64,000 nucleotides of DNA, from contig NC_058368.1 of the NCBI RefSeq assembly GCF_018350175.1, forward strand, positions 76,944,001-77,008,000. Reading direction: 5' to 3'. A program made the position numbers and the translations under genes. Below are positions 11,200 through 23,110 of the stretch, piece by piece. The notes beneath the pieces are model-generated. The model was not told the DNA's origin. It saw nothing but the letters and a program-made list of their open reading frames with translations, and did no database searches. The stretch's first letter is position 1; each line of letters begins with the position of its first letter. This DNA comes from Felis catus (taxonomy: Eukaryota).

Positions 11200-13010
11200 T
11201 TAGTAAATAATGAATGTAGCAGTACAAAACAGTAGATAGAGCATTGCTATTTATTAATACCAGGATAATTAACTAACCATATGGGGAATAAATAAATTTC
11301 ATGTCTTACCTGTGTGCATATAAATTATGTATGATTCTAGGAGAATTAAAGTTTTTAATTTATGTTTAAAATTCATGTTTTTATGTTTTATGCATCCTGG
11401 TATACATTTTCCTCTTTTTTAATGTATATTTTAAATATTTAAAGGTAAAAATCAAAACTATGCTCGTGCTTTAAGAATTTATATTTTATTACATGTGTAT
11501 TTTAGGTGATTGTTTAGTCATGACCCTAAGGAAAAACCAATATGGGAACATGTTAATTTTAATAAGTAAGAACTTAAAGCTTCATCTTTTTTTTTTTTTA
11601 ATTTATTTTAGTGTTCACCTATTTTTGAGGGGGGGGAGGGGCAGAGAGAGGGAGACACCAAATCCGAAGCAGGCTCCAGGCTCTGAGCTATCGGCACAGA
11701 ACCCAACATGGGGCTCCAACCCACGAACCAAGAGATCATGACCTGAGCTGAAGTCGGAAGCTTAACCAACCGAGCCACACAGGCACTCCACGAGCTTAAA
11801 GCTTCTTAGTGTGAGAAATAAGCCCACTGACCCAATCAAGGGAGGGACAAGGAGACTCCGAACACAGTGGAGTGCCTTCATTAATGTTCTTGGAAGAACA
11901 GGTGTCTGACGGACAGGCACTCTGGGGGCAGTAACAGCAGACAATTTATCTCCTAGCGTGCAAGTCCCTCCCCTGGTTCCTCATTGGCTGAGTGCTACAG
12001 AGGTTACAGCCTGGCCCAGATGTCGCCTATGCCCATGGAAGGCAAAAAGTAGTCTGACTGAAGGAGCATACATTCCCCGAGGTGATGCAGAGACTTTCAT
12101 TCCCTCCTCCCTTTATTCTATGGCACATGCTCATTGCAAAGCCTGAGAAAATAAGCCCACCAAATGGAGAGGGGAAGAACAAGGAAGTGAAGTGTCTAAA
12201 GGTTTGGGACTCCATTGTGTGTATGTGGTGGGGGGGGGGGGGGGCTTTGTACATATTTCCAGTAGGTTGTAAACCTACTGTTAACTGGGCAGCACAGCTT
12301 TATTTAGTATTTCTGAAAATGAATCATGTCTCTTCTCACACTTATGACAAAAAAAAGTTTAGAGACAATGTGTATAATGGGCTGGTAAAAAATATTTCAA
12401 TATATGTTGCAAAGATCTAATAACCTTAGTATATAAAGAGAGCTTATAAATCAATAAGAAAGATGAATACCCAGTAGGTAAAATGAATACCCATGAACAG
12501 GTACTGCACTACAGAATTAAAGACAAACATTAGCATTTTTTACTTATAGTTAAAGAATGATACTTAAAACAACGTGATTCTATTTCTCTCTTATTGTATA
12601 GCAAAGATTTTTTTTAAATACTAAAATGATTCCTTGTATTGGCAGGGGAAAATGAATTCCTGTATACTACAAATTTAAATTAGCGCAATTTTTCTGGATA
12701 GTATCTGGCACTACTACAGCTCTTTTAAAAACGTGGACTAATCAAACCCAAATTTATACGTCTTAAAATTGTTATTTTTAAAATTGGAATATAACATACA
12801 TATCTAAAAATAGGGGGTTGTAGGATTTTAATATACCCACGCAAAAGAATAGAATCAAGTCATTATGAATACTGTTACAGAGCTAAAATACTTACATGGA
12901 AAAATCTAACAGTTAATTAAAAAGTATGCAGATTAAAAATAGTAAGTTCAACTTTTGTTAATAAGGATGTGTTTATTACATGAGATCAAAATGTAAAAAT
13001 TAGACATGTT
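11200..13010 (+). mobile_element. Degraded L1ME-type fragments (discontinuous)
   Basis: A-rich L1-like motifs (taaccatatgggga, tatataaagagagcttataaatcaataagaaa, tttctggatagtatctggca). Confidence 0.5.
11587..11789 (-). mobile_element. Can-SINE
   Basis: Antisense body; degenerate TSD cttaaagcttc. Confidence 0.94.
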
Positions 13011-13012
13011 AC

Positions 13013-13244
13013 GGGGCGCCTGGGTGGCGCAGTCGGTTAAGCGTCCGACTTCAGCCAGGTCACGATCTCGCAGTCCGTGAGTTCGAGCCCCGCATCAGGC
13101 TCTGGGCTGATGGCTCAGAGCCTGGAGTCTGTTTCCAATTCTGTGTCTCCCTCTCTCTCTGCCCCTCCCCCGTTCATGCTCTCTCTGTCCCAAAAATAAA
13201 TAAAAAAAAAAGTTGAAAAAAAGAAAAGAAAAAAAAATTAAAAA
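13013..13244 (+). mobile_element. Young feline Can-SINE
   Basis: TSD aaaaattagacatgttac at 12995-13012 and 13245-13262; long A tail. Confidence 0.98.
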
Positions 13245-13445
13245 AAAAATTAGACATGTTACTTGTTACAGTAAAAATATGTTATCAAGAACAAATGGGA
13301 ATTACTAAAAATTAATATTAAAAAGGTAAAGTAAAAAAATATGAAAAGCAAGCAGGAAATTGAAAAGATGAATAAAAATATGAAAACTTACCACAAGTAC
13401 ATAAAATATAAAAACATCAGTTGGCAATTGGAAACATTTGCTTTA

Positions 13446-13476
13446 ATTTATTTTAAGGTTTATTTATTTTGAGTGG

Positions 13477-13507
<31 letters not shown>

Positions 13508-13647
13508 ACAGAGAGGGAGAGACAATCCCAAGCAGGCTCCACACTGTCAGCACAGAGCTTAACACGGGGCTCAAATGAACCCCAGGATCATGACGGAACT
13601 GAAATGGAGAGTCAGACGCTTAACCGACTGAACTATCCAGGCGCCCC
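13446..13647 (-). mobile_element. Can-SINE
   Basis: TSD aacatttgcttta on both sides. Confidence 0.94.
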
Positions 13648-14324
13648 AACATTTGCTTTATTTTTTATCTACACAAGTTATACATGAATGAGCTCTTGTT
13701 GGAAATATTCAGGAAGTATTGATGAAACACGGTCCCCTTGGTCATTCTGTCTCCCAGAGGTAACATCTATTATACTTGATGCATAGTCCTCTAGGCTTTT
13801 TCTTGTATGTATTAAATATATTATTTTGCTTAACTTTTTAACTTAACCGTATGTCTTAGAGTCTTTGCCTGTCAGTGCATCTAGATTTAACCCATTTTTT
13901 TCAATGCTACGTACTATTTCAGAGTATATACATAGGCTTGTGACTGAGCTCTTTTCCCTTTACTTGTCTATTAATTCACCCAACGACAATGTATATGCCT
14001 CACAGAGTTCCATTCTGGGGCTAGGGCTGGAGGAGCCCAGAGTCCTTGTTCAAGTCCATCATCTTTAAAAAAAAAAATTGAAGTTTCTGCCCTCCCCACC
14101 CCCAAACCAATGCTGTGGGCTCACCTCCACTTTCTGTGTCGCTGAGTGGGGTGTGCGTTCGCAGAGGGAGTGGGGGACGGGGGGAAGGAAGGCATGAGGT
14201 GTCTCAGTAAGAGGGTGGCCCCAGCAGCTTTGGAACGCTGACAGTCATTCGCCTCACCCTTTGAGAGCCTGACATATGGCAGAAAATATTGCTTTAAAGA
14301 TTCTCCTGCAGGAAATACTGCTTT

Positions 14325-14545
14325 TTTTTTTAATTTTTTTTTCAACGTTTATTTATTTTTGGGACAGAGAGAGACAGAGCATGAACGGGGGAGGGGCAGA
14401 GAGAGAGGGAGACACAGAATCGGAAACAGGCTCCAGGCTCTGAGCCATCAGCCCAGAGCCCGACGCGGGGCTCGAACTCACAGACCGCGAGATCGTGACC
14501 TGGCTGAAGTCGGACGCTTAACCGACTGCGCCATCCAGGCGCCCC
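14325..14545 (-). mobile_element. Young feline Can-SINE
   Basis: TSD aggaaatactgcttt at 14310-14324 and 14546-14560. Confidence 0.98.
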
Positions 14546-15649
14546 AGGAAATACTGCTTTAAAGATAACACCTGCATGATGTCTGAAGGCTGGTGCAAAA
14601 CTGGCTGCTATCAGAAATTTAAGTCTATGGTTTTCTTATTTGTTCGGATGAGTAGGGACTCAGCTCAGTTTTAAATAACTTGACTCTCCTTTCCATTGCT
14701 TAAGTTTATTTAATAAAAGTTGGTTCCACCCGGTAGTGGCGGGATTAAAATGCAAAGTCATGCGTGCTTAGAGTCAATTTATATCTGTGTGGAAAGTTAT
14801 TATTATTTTTGCCTAAACAGGCTATATATCATGCTGGGCACTCCTACTGCCAAGAATCTGAGATCATTTTATTTGAGATGTGGTTCGCCTTGGTTGGTCT
14901 CAGAAGCTCTGCAGGGCATTGGGGTGGGGGTGGGGGTGGGGGGGAGATGTGCCCATCCATGTTTTTGTGTGCATCTATTGTGAAAAACTTAGACATTGGA
15001 ACAAAAACAAAACTTTATCGCAGATGAGAGGGAATAAGGTTCTTATTACTGTTACCTGGACCCCTTTGTCATTTCCACAATTAGAACTTATTTTAGAGAC
15101 TTGCGTTTGGGTGCGCAGGAGTTGGCATGGGTGATTAACAATCCCCGCTTTCCCAAAGTCCAACAGAACGGCAGAAAAGTCACTTTAGCACAAAGGCATA
15201 AACAATAAACACGGAAACAAAAAGGATAGGAGGAGGGACTGTGTCAGGTGAGGGATCAATTGGGAGCGTTTTTACAAGTGGGAAAATGGAAGCGAAATGG
15301 TAACTAGTTGAATTAGGAGAAGGGGCAGAATCTGGAATCTTAGAATTTCTAGCAGGGGACGTCAAGAAGCAGCCAGCCAGTGGAAGCAGCAGGTGTGGCC
15401 GAGACCAGTCCGGGCTGAGAGAGGAGGAATAGTTGACCCTAGGAACAGTCACCCTTCTGGTTTCTTCTCTTGCTGCAGACTCTCCAGGAGACACAGCCCA
15501 GCAGGAGGTGGGGACATGGAAAGATGACAGATGCAGACACATAGCTTATGACAGAAATACAAATAAATTAGGTTATGTTACAAACCAATGTAATTTTGTC
15601 CACAAGATAACTTACTTTGGATCAAGGAATTACTTTATGCACATGATTG

Positions 15650-16242
15650 ATGTTGTGTGTGTGTGTGTTGCATGTGTGGTGTGGTGTGTGGTTTATGTGA
15701 GTGTATGTGTTGTGCATGTTGTATGTTGCGTGTGTTGTGTCTATTGCGTGTACTTGTGTGTGTGTTATGTTTGGTGTTTGTTGTGTATTGTGGGGGGGTA
15801 TGTTGTGTGTGTGTTATGCGTGATGTGTGTGGTGTGTGGGGTGAGTGTGTTGTGTGTATTGCGTGTGGGGCGTGTGCTGTGGATGGCTTATGTGTTGTGT
15901 ATGTGGTATGTGTATATTGTGTGTGGGGTGAGTGTCGTATATACTGTGTGTGTGGTGTGTGGTATATGTATGTTGTATGTGTTGTGTGTGTTGTGTAGAT
16001 TGTGTGTAGTGTGTGGTGTGTATGTTGTGTGTAGTGTATATGTGTTGTGTATGTTGTGTGGGGTGAGTGTGTGTATGTATGGTGTGTGTGTTGTGTGTGT
16101 TGTGTGTAGTGTGTGTTGTGTGTGTGTTGTGCATGTTGTGTGTGGTGTGTATGTGGTGTGTGTACTGTGTGGGGTGAGTGTGTGATATGTATGGTGTGTG
16201 TGTGTTGCTTATGGCGTGTGTAGTATGTGTTGTGTGCGTGTT
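15650..16242. repeat. Long degenerate (GT)-rich low-complexity tract
   Basis: About 590 bp of interrupted TG repeats with a recurring tgtggggtgagtgt motif. Confidence 0.95.
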
Positions 16243-16332
16243 GGGGGCGGGGGATGTAGCATCTAAACGTTGCTACCCTTAATCCCTCACAGCTCTTCTC
16301 TAAGAGCATTCTTTTGTCTCTTCTAAATTTTG

Positions 16333-16421
16333 AGGAGGGTACCTTTTGGGATGAGCACTGGGTGTTGTATGGAAACCAATTTGACAATAAACTTCATATT
16401 AAAAAAAAATAAACAAATAAA
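16333..16421 (+). mobile_element. Severely 5'-truncated feline-type L1 3' end
   Basis: ggagggtaccttttgggatgagcactgggtgttgtatggaaaccaatttgacaataaa then A tail. Confidence 0.9.
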
Positions 16422-16910
16422 CACAAGATCCACGTTTCCGCTCTTTCTTCCTCTAACTTCCCTGCCATGGAAGTCAGGCTCACACCTGCCATCTCTGCGA
16501 CGCCCATCTACCTTGACCTTATCAGTCCTTTGTCCTCTGCCCCTGTGGCCCGAACTGCCCTGGCATTTAGAGTGGGTGGTCTTGGATTGTTGTTTTACTC
16601 TCAATTGTTTTCTGTTCAACTAGCACTTGTGTCCTACCATAAAAGTTTTGTTTTATTTTCTCTCACTTCCATGTTAAAAGGTGAGGCATATGTACTTTAC
16701 CTCATTCTATAACAGCATGACTGTAGCACAGGGGGGCGGCCGTAGTTTTTAGCAGGCAGAGGCTGACCCAGATCATAGATTGCAGTTTGCTTTCGTGGAC
16801 TCAGAGTGTAGCCCTGCATATGCGTGTGTTGATCAAGATTTCACTTGCTGGAGTTCGTATGCTTTTTTAGTAAAGTCCTCAACAGATCAATTCTTTTTCT
16901 GCAGTGGTTT

Positions 16911-16915
16911 TATTT

Positions 16916-16946
<31 letters not shown>

Positions 16947-17181
16947 TTATTTTATTTATTTATTTATTTATTTTACATTTATTTTTTATTTTTGAGAAAC
17001 AGAGTGAGACAAAGCGTGAGCGGGAAGGGGCAGAGAGAGGACACATAGAATCTGAAGCAGGCTCCAGGCTCTGAGCAAGCGGTCAGCACAGAGCCTGATG
17101 CGGGGCTTGAACCCACAAACTGTGAGATCATGACCTGAGCTGAAGTCGGACGCTCAACCGACTGAGCCACCCAGGTGCCCC
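16911..17181 (-). mobile_element. Can-SINE with expanded (ATTT)n tail
   Basis: TSD tgcagtggttttatttt on both sides. Confidence 0.96.
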
Positions 17182-17950
17182 TGCAGTGGTTTTATTTTAA
17201 CATAATTTTAGATGTACCTAAAAGTTGCACAGAGAGTACTGAAGTACCTTTTTAGATAATACATAAGTATATGTGTTTTTGATTTAAAGTCAATACATTT
17301 AAACTCAATGAATTTTACATCTGATTCCTTCCGCTGCCAATCACCTTAGTTCCTCCCAAGTCAGAATCAAAATCTTCGAAATAGCCCTTTACAAAAGAAT
17401 TTTTGTTCAGCCCACAGTTGTCACTATCAGTCCACAATTCTTTTGATCTCCACTTGAATACGGGCATACTTCAGAAATTCCCCACCTGTAATCTTCGGGA
17501 CTACACTTTCTTACTTTAGGACCATGTGTAGGGTCAGAGTAGATGGATGTGCCTGGTGCTCAACTTCAGACACCCTCTTAACATGAATGAGTTCAGATCA
17601 TACTCACCCCTGAGCGATCATGCCCTAGAACTGTACAGATTGTTGGGGTATGCCAGTACTGAGATTTACACAATGTGACTGTTAGGTGTTTCACATAGTT
17701 TTTTAGCAGATCTGTGTCCTGCAGTTCTTTCGCTTGGATCCGACACACAGTCCTGTGAGTAAAGGAAACCACACAAATACTCTACGAGGGGTTTCCTCTA
17801 CGAGGAAAAACTCCATCGGGATAGACCTCAACAATACATAAATATATTTTTAACTAAATAGAACAAAATTGTTTTGCAACTTTCCTTCCTTTATTCTAAA
17901 ATATATGTGGATATTGTTACGTCAGGAAATACATACCTATATGATAATTC

Positions 17951-18175
17951 TTTTTTTTAAATTTTTTAAACATTTTTATTCATTTTTGAGAGACAGAGAG
18001 AGACGGGCTGTGAGCAGGGAAGGGGCAGAGAGAGAGGGAGACACAGAATCCGAAGCAGGCTCCAGGCTCCGAGCTGTCAGCACAGAGCCGGATGCGGGGC
18101 TCGAACTCACAAACCGTGAGATCATGACCTGAGCCAAAGTTGGACTCTCAATCGACTGAGCCACCCAGGTGCCCC
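17951..18175 (-). mobile_element. Can-SINE
   Basis: TSD tatgataattctt on both sides. Confidence 0.96.
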
Positions 18176-18239
18176 TCTATGATAATTCTTAATGTCTGCG
18201 GAGAAATTACAAATGAACCGTAATTTGTATAACAGATTC

Positions 18240-18640
18240 CTTATTTAAGCTGTGTAGACATGTATGCTATTTATAATTTTTTTCCTATTTAACGAAACGT
18301 AGTGATGCTAATGTCGTTAAATAATTTGTATATTTCCCTGTGCATTTTCTTGGTGACGATTTGTAGGAGTTACCGAGTTGAGGGGTAAAGCATTTTTAAA
18401 GACTTCCCATGCCCTTGCCAGGTCACCCCGCAAAGCTTTTGTCTTTACACCAGCTGCACATGAAAGTGTTTGTTTCATTTGACTCCTGACCACATTGGAC
18501 ATTATCTTTTTCATGTTTTCACACTGGTTGCCAAAAACCGTGTTTTTCCTTTTCCACTGATTTGTATATATTTGGTGACTAGTGAGAGTGAACACTTTTT
18601 GTTTTGTTTTGTTTTGTTTGTAAATGTTCAGTAACTTCCT
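18240..18640 (-). mobile_element. L1ME-type fragment
   Basis: aaagctttt...tgaaagtgtttgtttc...ctgatttgtatatatttggtgactagtgagagtgaacacttttt. Confidence 0.6.
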
Positions 18641-19102
18641 ATCAGATGTTAAGTAAATGAAACCCTCAAACCTTGGTGAGTGACAGAATGCTAGGTGTAG
18701 AAAGTGTCACAGAATGACCTGCAGGGCAGTGGGAAGCCTGGGGCTCTGGCAAATGGGATCTCAAGAAGCAAGAGTAGAAAAATGCATGAGCAGACTTTGG
18801 GAAACATTAAAAATGAAGAGCCTCCTTCCAGGCCAGCCTGAGCTTGAGGTGATCAGAGGACACGTGGATGGAGATTTTCAGGGGCAGTTTGATACGCCCC
18901 CTGACCCTGGTTGACCAGCTCTCCAGCAATTCTGCCCCTTCACCTGTCTGACAATATGTGTCATCTGGGAAAATTGTATACCAGATGGGAGGGTTTCAGT
19001 GAAAATTCATGACCACAAGCCCTACCTGGGCGACTCCGTACTCATGGTTCCACTACACTCTCTGAAATGGTTCCCACTTTTTCAGCTCTTCTTGAAATTC
19101 AT

Positions 19103-19132
19103 TAAAAAATTTGTGTGTGTGTGTTTATTTAT

Positions 19133-19172
<40 letters not shown>

Positions 19173-19323
19173 CACAAGCAGAGAAGGGGCAGAGAGAGAA
19201 GGAGAGGGAGAACCCCAAGCACTGCCAGGGCAGAGCCTGATGTGGGGCTCCATCCTGCAGACTGCGAGATCCTGACCTGTGCCGAAATCAAGAGCTCAAC
19301 CAACTGCGCCACCCAGGTGCCCC
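19103..19323 (-). mobile_element. Can-SINE
   Basis: (GA)n tract; body ending cacccaggtgcccc. Confidence 0.93.
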
Positions 19324-19691
19324 TCGAAATTCTTAGATCTCTTCCTCTCCACGTCCCTCTCTTTTAGCTGTCAACCTTGACTTCCAAGCAACTAGATGGG
19401 CAAACCCTCATCCCTCCTTCTCCCGAGTCCCACACCCGTCTGGCCCTATAGCCTGTTGTAGGAGTGAGACATCACTGCTCTTCCTCAAGGGCAAGCTGCT
19501 TCCTTTCCATCTGCACTGTCTGCCTGCTCCTGCCTGCTGCAGGGGGCTGCTTCTGTAGTCTCTCCCTCTGCTTTGCATCATCTGTTTCTTCTACTTTATG
19601 GCCTCATTCCCAAGGGCACCCAAACAGGCTGTTTTCTCTCCCACCTTTAAAAGGACCTTTTAGGCTAGTAAGCAGGTGGAAGAGATTTGTC

Positions 19692-20312
19692 ATCAAAAAA
19701 TTAAAAATAGAGCTACCCTAGGACCCAGGATTTGCACTGCTGGGTATTCATCCAAAAGATATAAAAATGCTGATTCTAAGGGGCACGGGCACCCCAATGT
19801 TTATAGCAGCCCTATCAACAATAGCCAAATTATGGAAAGAGCCCAAATGTCCATTGACTGCCGAATGGATAAAGAAGATGTGGATACTACTCGATGATGA
19901 AAAAGAATGAGATCTTGCCATTTGCAACAACGTGGATGAAGTGGAGGGTATTATGCTAAGTGAACTAAGTCAGCCAGAGAAAGAGGAATATCATATGATT
20001 TCACTCATTTGTGGAACTGAAGAAACAAAACGGATGACCATAGGGGAAGGGAAGGAAAAATATGGTAGAAACAGAGAAGGAGGCAAACCATAAGACACTC
20101 TTAAATACAGAGAACAAACTGAGGGCTGCTGGACGGCAGGTGGGTGGGTGGATCAGATGGGTGATGGGCATTAAGGAGGGCACTTGTTGGGATGAGCACT
20201 GGGGGTTATATGGAAGTGGTGAATCCCTGGGTTCTACTCCTGAAATCATTATTATGCTATATGTTAACTAACTTGGATTTAAATAAAAATTTTAAAACGT
20301 TATATAAAAAAA
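19692..20312 (+). mobile_element. Carnivore L1 3' fragment: dead ORF2 C-terminus plus 3' UTR
   Basis: KKLKIELP*DP...PMFIAALSTIAKLWKEPKCP-type ORF2 end with a stop; 3' UTR gagggcacttgttgggatgagcactggg; A-rich tail. Confidence 0.95.
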
Positions 20313-20424
20313 TACTCTTGTAGCTACAATACCATTTCTCTGCTGTTTCCAGGCAAAGCTTCCTGAAACATGTCCACATGTGTTACTGTAGTCTTCTCCA
20401 TCGCTTTTTAAAATGTGAGGTATA

Positions 20425-20647
20425 GGGGCGCCTGGGTGGCGCAGTCGGTTAAGCGTCCGACTTCAGCCAGGTCACGATCTCGCGGTCCGTGAGTTCGAGC
20501 CCCGCGTCAGGCTCTGGGCTGATGGCTCGGAGCCTGGAGCCTGTTTCCGATTCTGTGTCTCCCTCTCTCTCTGCCCCTCCCCCGTTCATGCTCTGTCTCT
20601 CTCTGTCCCAAAAATAAATAAACGTTGAAAAAAAAATTAAGAAAAAA
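20425..20647 (+). mobile_element. Young feline Can-SINE
   Basis: Essentially consensus; TSD taaaatgtgaggtata at 20409-20424 and 20648-20663. Confidence 0.98.
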
Positions 20648-20699
20648 TAAAATGTGAGGTATAATGTAAAAAAATAAAGAAATAAAATGTGAGCTATAA

Positions 20700-21755
20700 T
20701 GTAAAATATAACAGGCATGTAAGAGTACATAAAACACAACTGTATTTGTTTATATATAAATGTATGTGCTAGTTATATAAATATGTGTTTAGAGATTGAT
20801 GCCTAGACTACAACATCACCTGCACCTTAGAAACCCCCTTAGAAATTCCTGAGTCGCACATCCTTGCCCCCATGGAAATAACCACTTTTTTGAGCCTTGG
20901 GCTAATCATCTCTTTCTTTATGGTTTTCCCAGCTTTGTATGTCTCCCTAAACTACATTAAATATTTTCTAGTTTGCCTGTTATATGGGACATATCATTGT
21001 ATGCATCCTAAACTGGTTTGTTTTTTGTTTTGGGGCCTTTTCTTTTGGTTTGGTTTGGTTTTTGCTCAACATTATTGAATTTCTATTGTGTTGATGTGGG
21101 TAGCTGAATTGTGTTCATTCAAAGTAGAGTATGACATTACATGGATATATCCAGACTATGTATCTTTTGTACACTTGAAGGACATTGATGTTGTTTCCAG
21201 TCTTTCTCTCTTTTGTTAACACGAAACATGCTGCTGTGAATAGTGTTGTAGGCAACTTACTACAAGAGATTATCTAGGGATTTAAGTGGTGGGTAGTAAG
21301 TTTGTACATTCTCAGGCTAACTGGATATGGCCAATTTTTCTTGAAGGTCGTTATACAAAGTATGTTGCCCAAAGCATTCTGTGAGTATTTCCACTGCTCC
21401 ATACTCTTGGCAACCTTAGCATCAGCAGGCTTCTTAATTTTCCAGCTGTTCAATATGAAATGCTGATTCACTATGGTTCTTTTTTTTTTTTTCAACGTTT
21501 ATTTATTTTTGGGACAGAGAGAGACAGAGCATGAACGGGGGAGGGGCAGAGAGAGAGGGAGACACAGAATCGGAAACAGGCTCCAGGCTCCGAGCCATCA
21601 GCCCAGAGCCCGACGCGGGGCTCGAACTCACGGACCGCGAGATCGCGACCTGGCTGAAGCCGGACACTTAACCGACTGCGCCACCCAGGCGCCCCTGATT
21701 CACTATGGTTCTAATGTGTATTTCCCCATATTGCTAATAAGGTTAATCGTCTTTC
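20700..21755 (-). mobile_element. L1ME-type 3' fragment (SINE inserted)
   Basis: gaaggacattgatgttgtttccag, gctgctgtgaatagt, ctccatactcttggcaac. Confidence 0.7.
21481..21695 (-). mobile_element. Young feline Can-SINE
   Basis: TSD tgattcactatggttct at 21464-21480 and 21696-21712. Confidence 0.98.
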
Positions 21756-21756
21756 T

Positions 21757-21771
21757 AAAAAATGTTTATTT

Positions 21772-21819
<48 letters not shown>

Positions 21820-21850
21820 TGTGCTCAGAGGAGGGGCAGAGACAGGGGAC
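21757..21850 (-). mobile_element. Can-SINE 3' fragment with (GA)n microsatellite
   Basis: aatgtttatttattgagaga...gaggggcagagacagggg; head missing. Confidence 0.85.
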
Positions 21851-22544
21851 CATACTAGAGCCTATCTCTAGGAAACCACATTGGCGCTTGACCTTCCTCC
21901 TGCTCTGTCCCGCTTCCGTGCTCCCCTTGTCTCAGGATCACTACGTACACCTCTTGAACCCGGATCCTCCCTCAGGTTCTGCTTCCAGCAGCCCAGTGCA
22001 AGACAGTTCCTCTGTGCCTCCTCCCCGGATGTCCAGGGAAGGCTTTCCACATCTGTGTCAAATATTAAATGCTCCTACTATCGTAATTAACCTCGGCCAA
22101 GATGCTGGTCTATCTCGTGTCTGAAATTTTTAGTTAAGTTCTGCCTAAGTCCTTCTGTCTCCCTGACCTAGTTTTACTCAGATGAGGATATCTTACTGTT
22201 AAAATTTCAAGTAGCCTCCAGCACTGCTCCCCGTAATTAACACAGATCTGGCACATGGAAGGCATTCAATACATATTTTGAATGAAGGAATTATTTCACT
22301 CAACCCTCTGATGGGCTGTACCCATTTGCCTCACAAGTGCCCTTATTTTGGTTTGTCTTCTACTTCCTAAGATCTATAGCCTTGAATAGATGCTGGTTTC
22401 TGCTTCTTCAGAAGTGGGGCAGAAACCAAAAAGACAAATCTTCTCTTGTTCTGAAAGATAAGCTCCTTGAGAATACGGAAGGGGTTTAGCACAGATGTCT
22501 TCTTACAAGGCTTTCGTGGTTGGGAGGAGACTTAATGGCCCTTG

Positions 22545-22693
22545 ATGCCAGCCACTTCTTGTTCTAATCTTTCCATCACGTGATGCGGCCACACAGGCGT
22601 GGACCCGACGCGGGCATGCAGTGAGATAATAAATATTAGTGTTCCAAGCCACCAAATTTTGAGGTCATGCCTTACTCAGCATGGATACTAACA
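22545..22693 (+). mobile_element. MLT1 LTR 3' end
   Basis: gtgagataataaat...aagccaccaaattttgaggt...ttactcagcatggatactaaca. Confidence 0.7.
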
Positions 22694-22913
22694 GTCTTAC
22701 AGTGACCTAGTAAGACGCTTGCGTCTGCTCTCAGGGAAGCCTTTGGATTTCAGAGATGTAAGATCAGAAGTCATTCTGAACAGAAAGTTCAGGAATGGGA
22801 AAGAGCAGAGATCCGAGGGGACACTAATTAAAAACCAAAGTCAGATTGGAAACTGGTTTTAGGCAAACAAGAGCTACTCCAATGTTGATAAAAAAAAAAA
22901 AAAAATCAGCCCT

Positions 22914-23110
22914 GGGGCGCCTGGGTGGTTCAGTCGGTTGAGCATCAGACTTCCGCTCAGGTCATGATCTTGAGGTTCGAGCCCCACGTCGGGCTCTGTG
23001 CTGACAGCTCAGAGCCTGGTGCCTGCTTCCCATCCTGTGTCTCCCTCTCTCTCTGCCCCTCCCCCGCTCATGTTCTGTCTCTCTCTCTTTCTGTCAAAAA
23101 TAAACATTAA
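22914..23110 (+). mobile_element. Can-SINE
   Basis: TSD aaaaaaaatcagccct on both sides. Confidence 0.96.

Larger units (their letters stand above)
19360..22290 (+). mobile_element. Fragmented L2 (pieces at about 19360-19660, 20310-20400, 21850-22290) split by later L1 and SINE insertions
   Basis: L2-like pyrimidine-rich text on both sides of the inserts, ending ggcattcaatacatattttgaatgaaggaa. Confidence 0.55.

Noticed and set aside
15433..16387. Two 250-aa ORFs (Val/Cys-rich and His/Thr-rich), the longest in the track
   Set aside because: They are translations of the degenerate GT tract, which lacks stops by composition
19692..20030. L1 ORF2 as a functional CDS
   Set aside because: 5'-truncated, with an in-frame stop and an internal deletion
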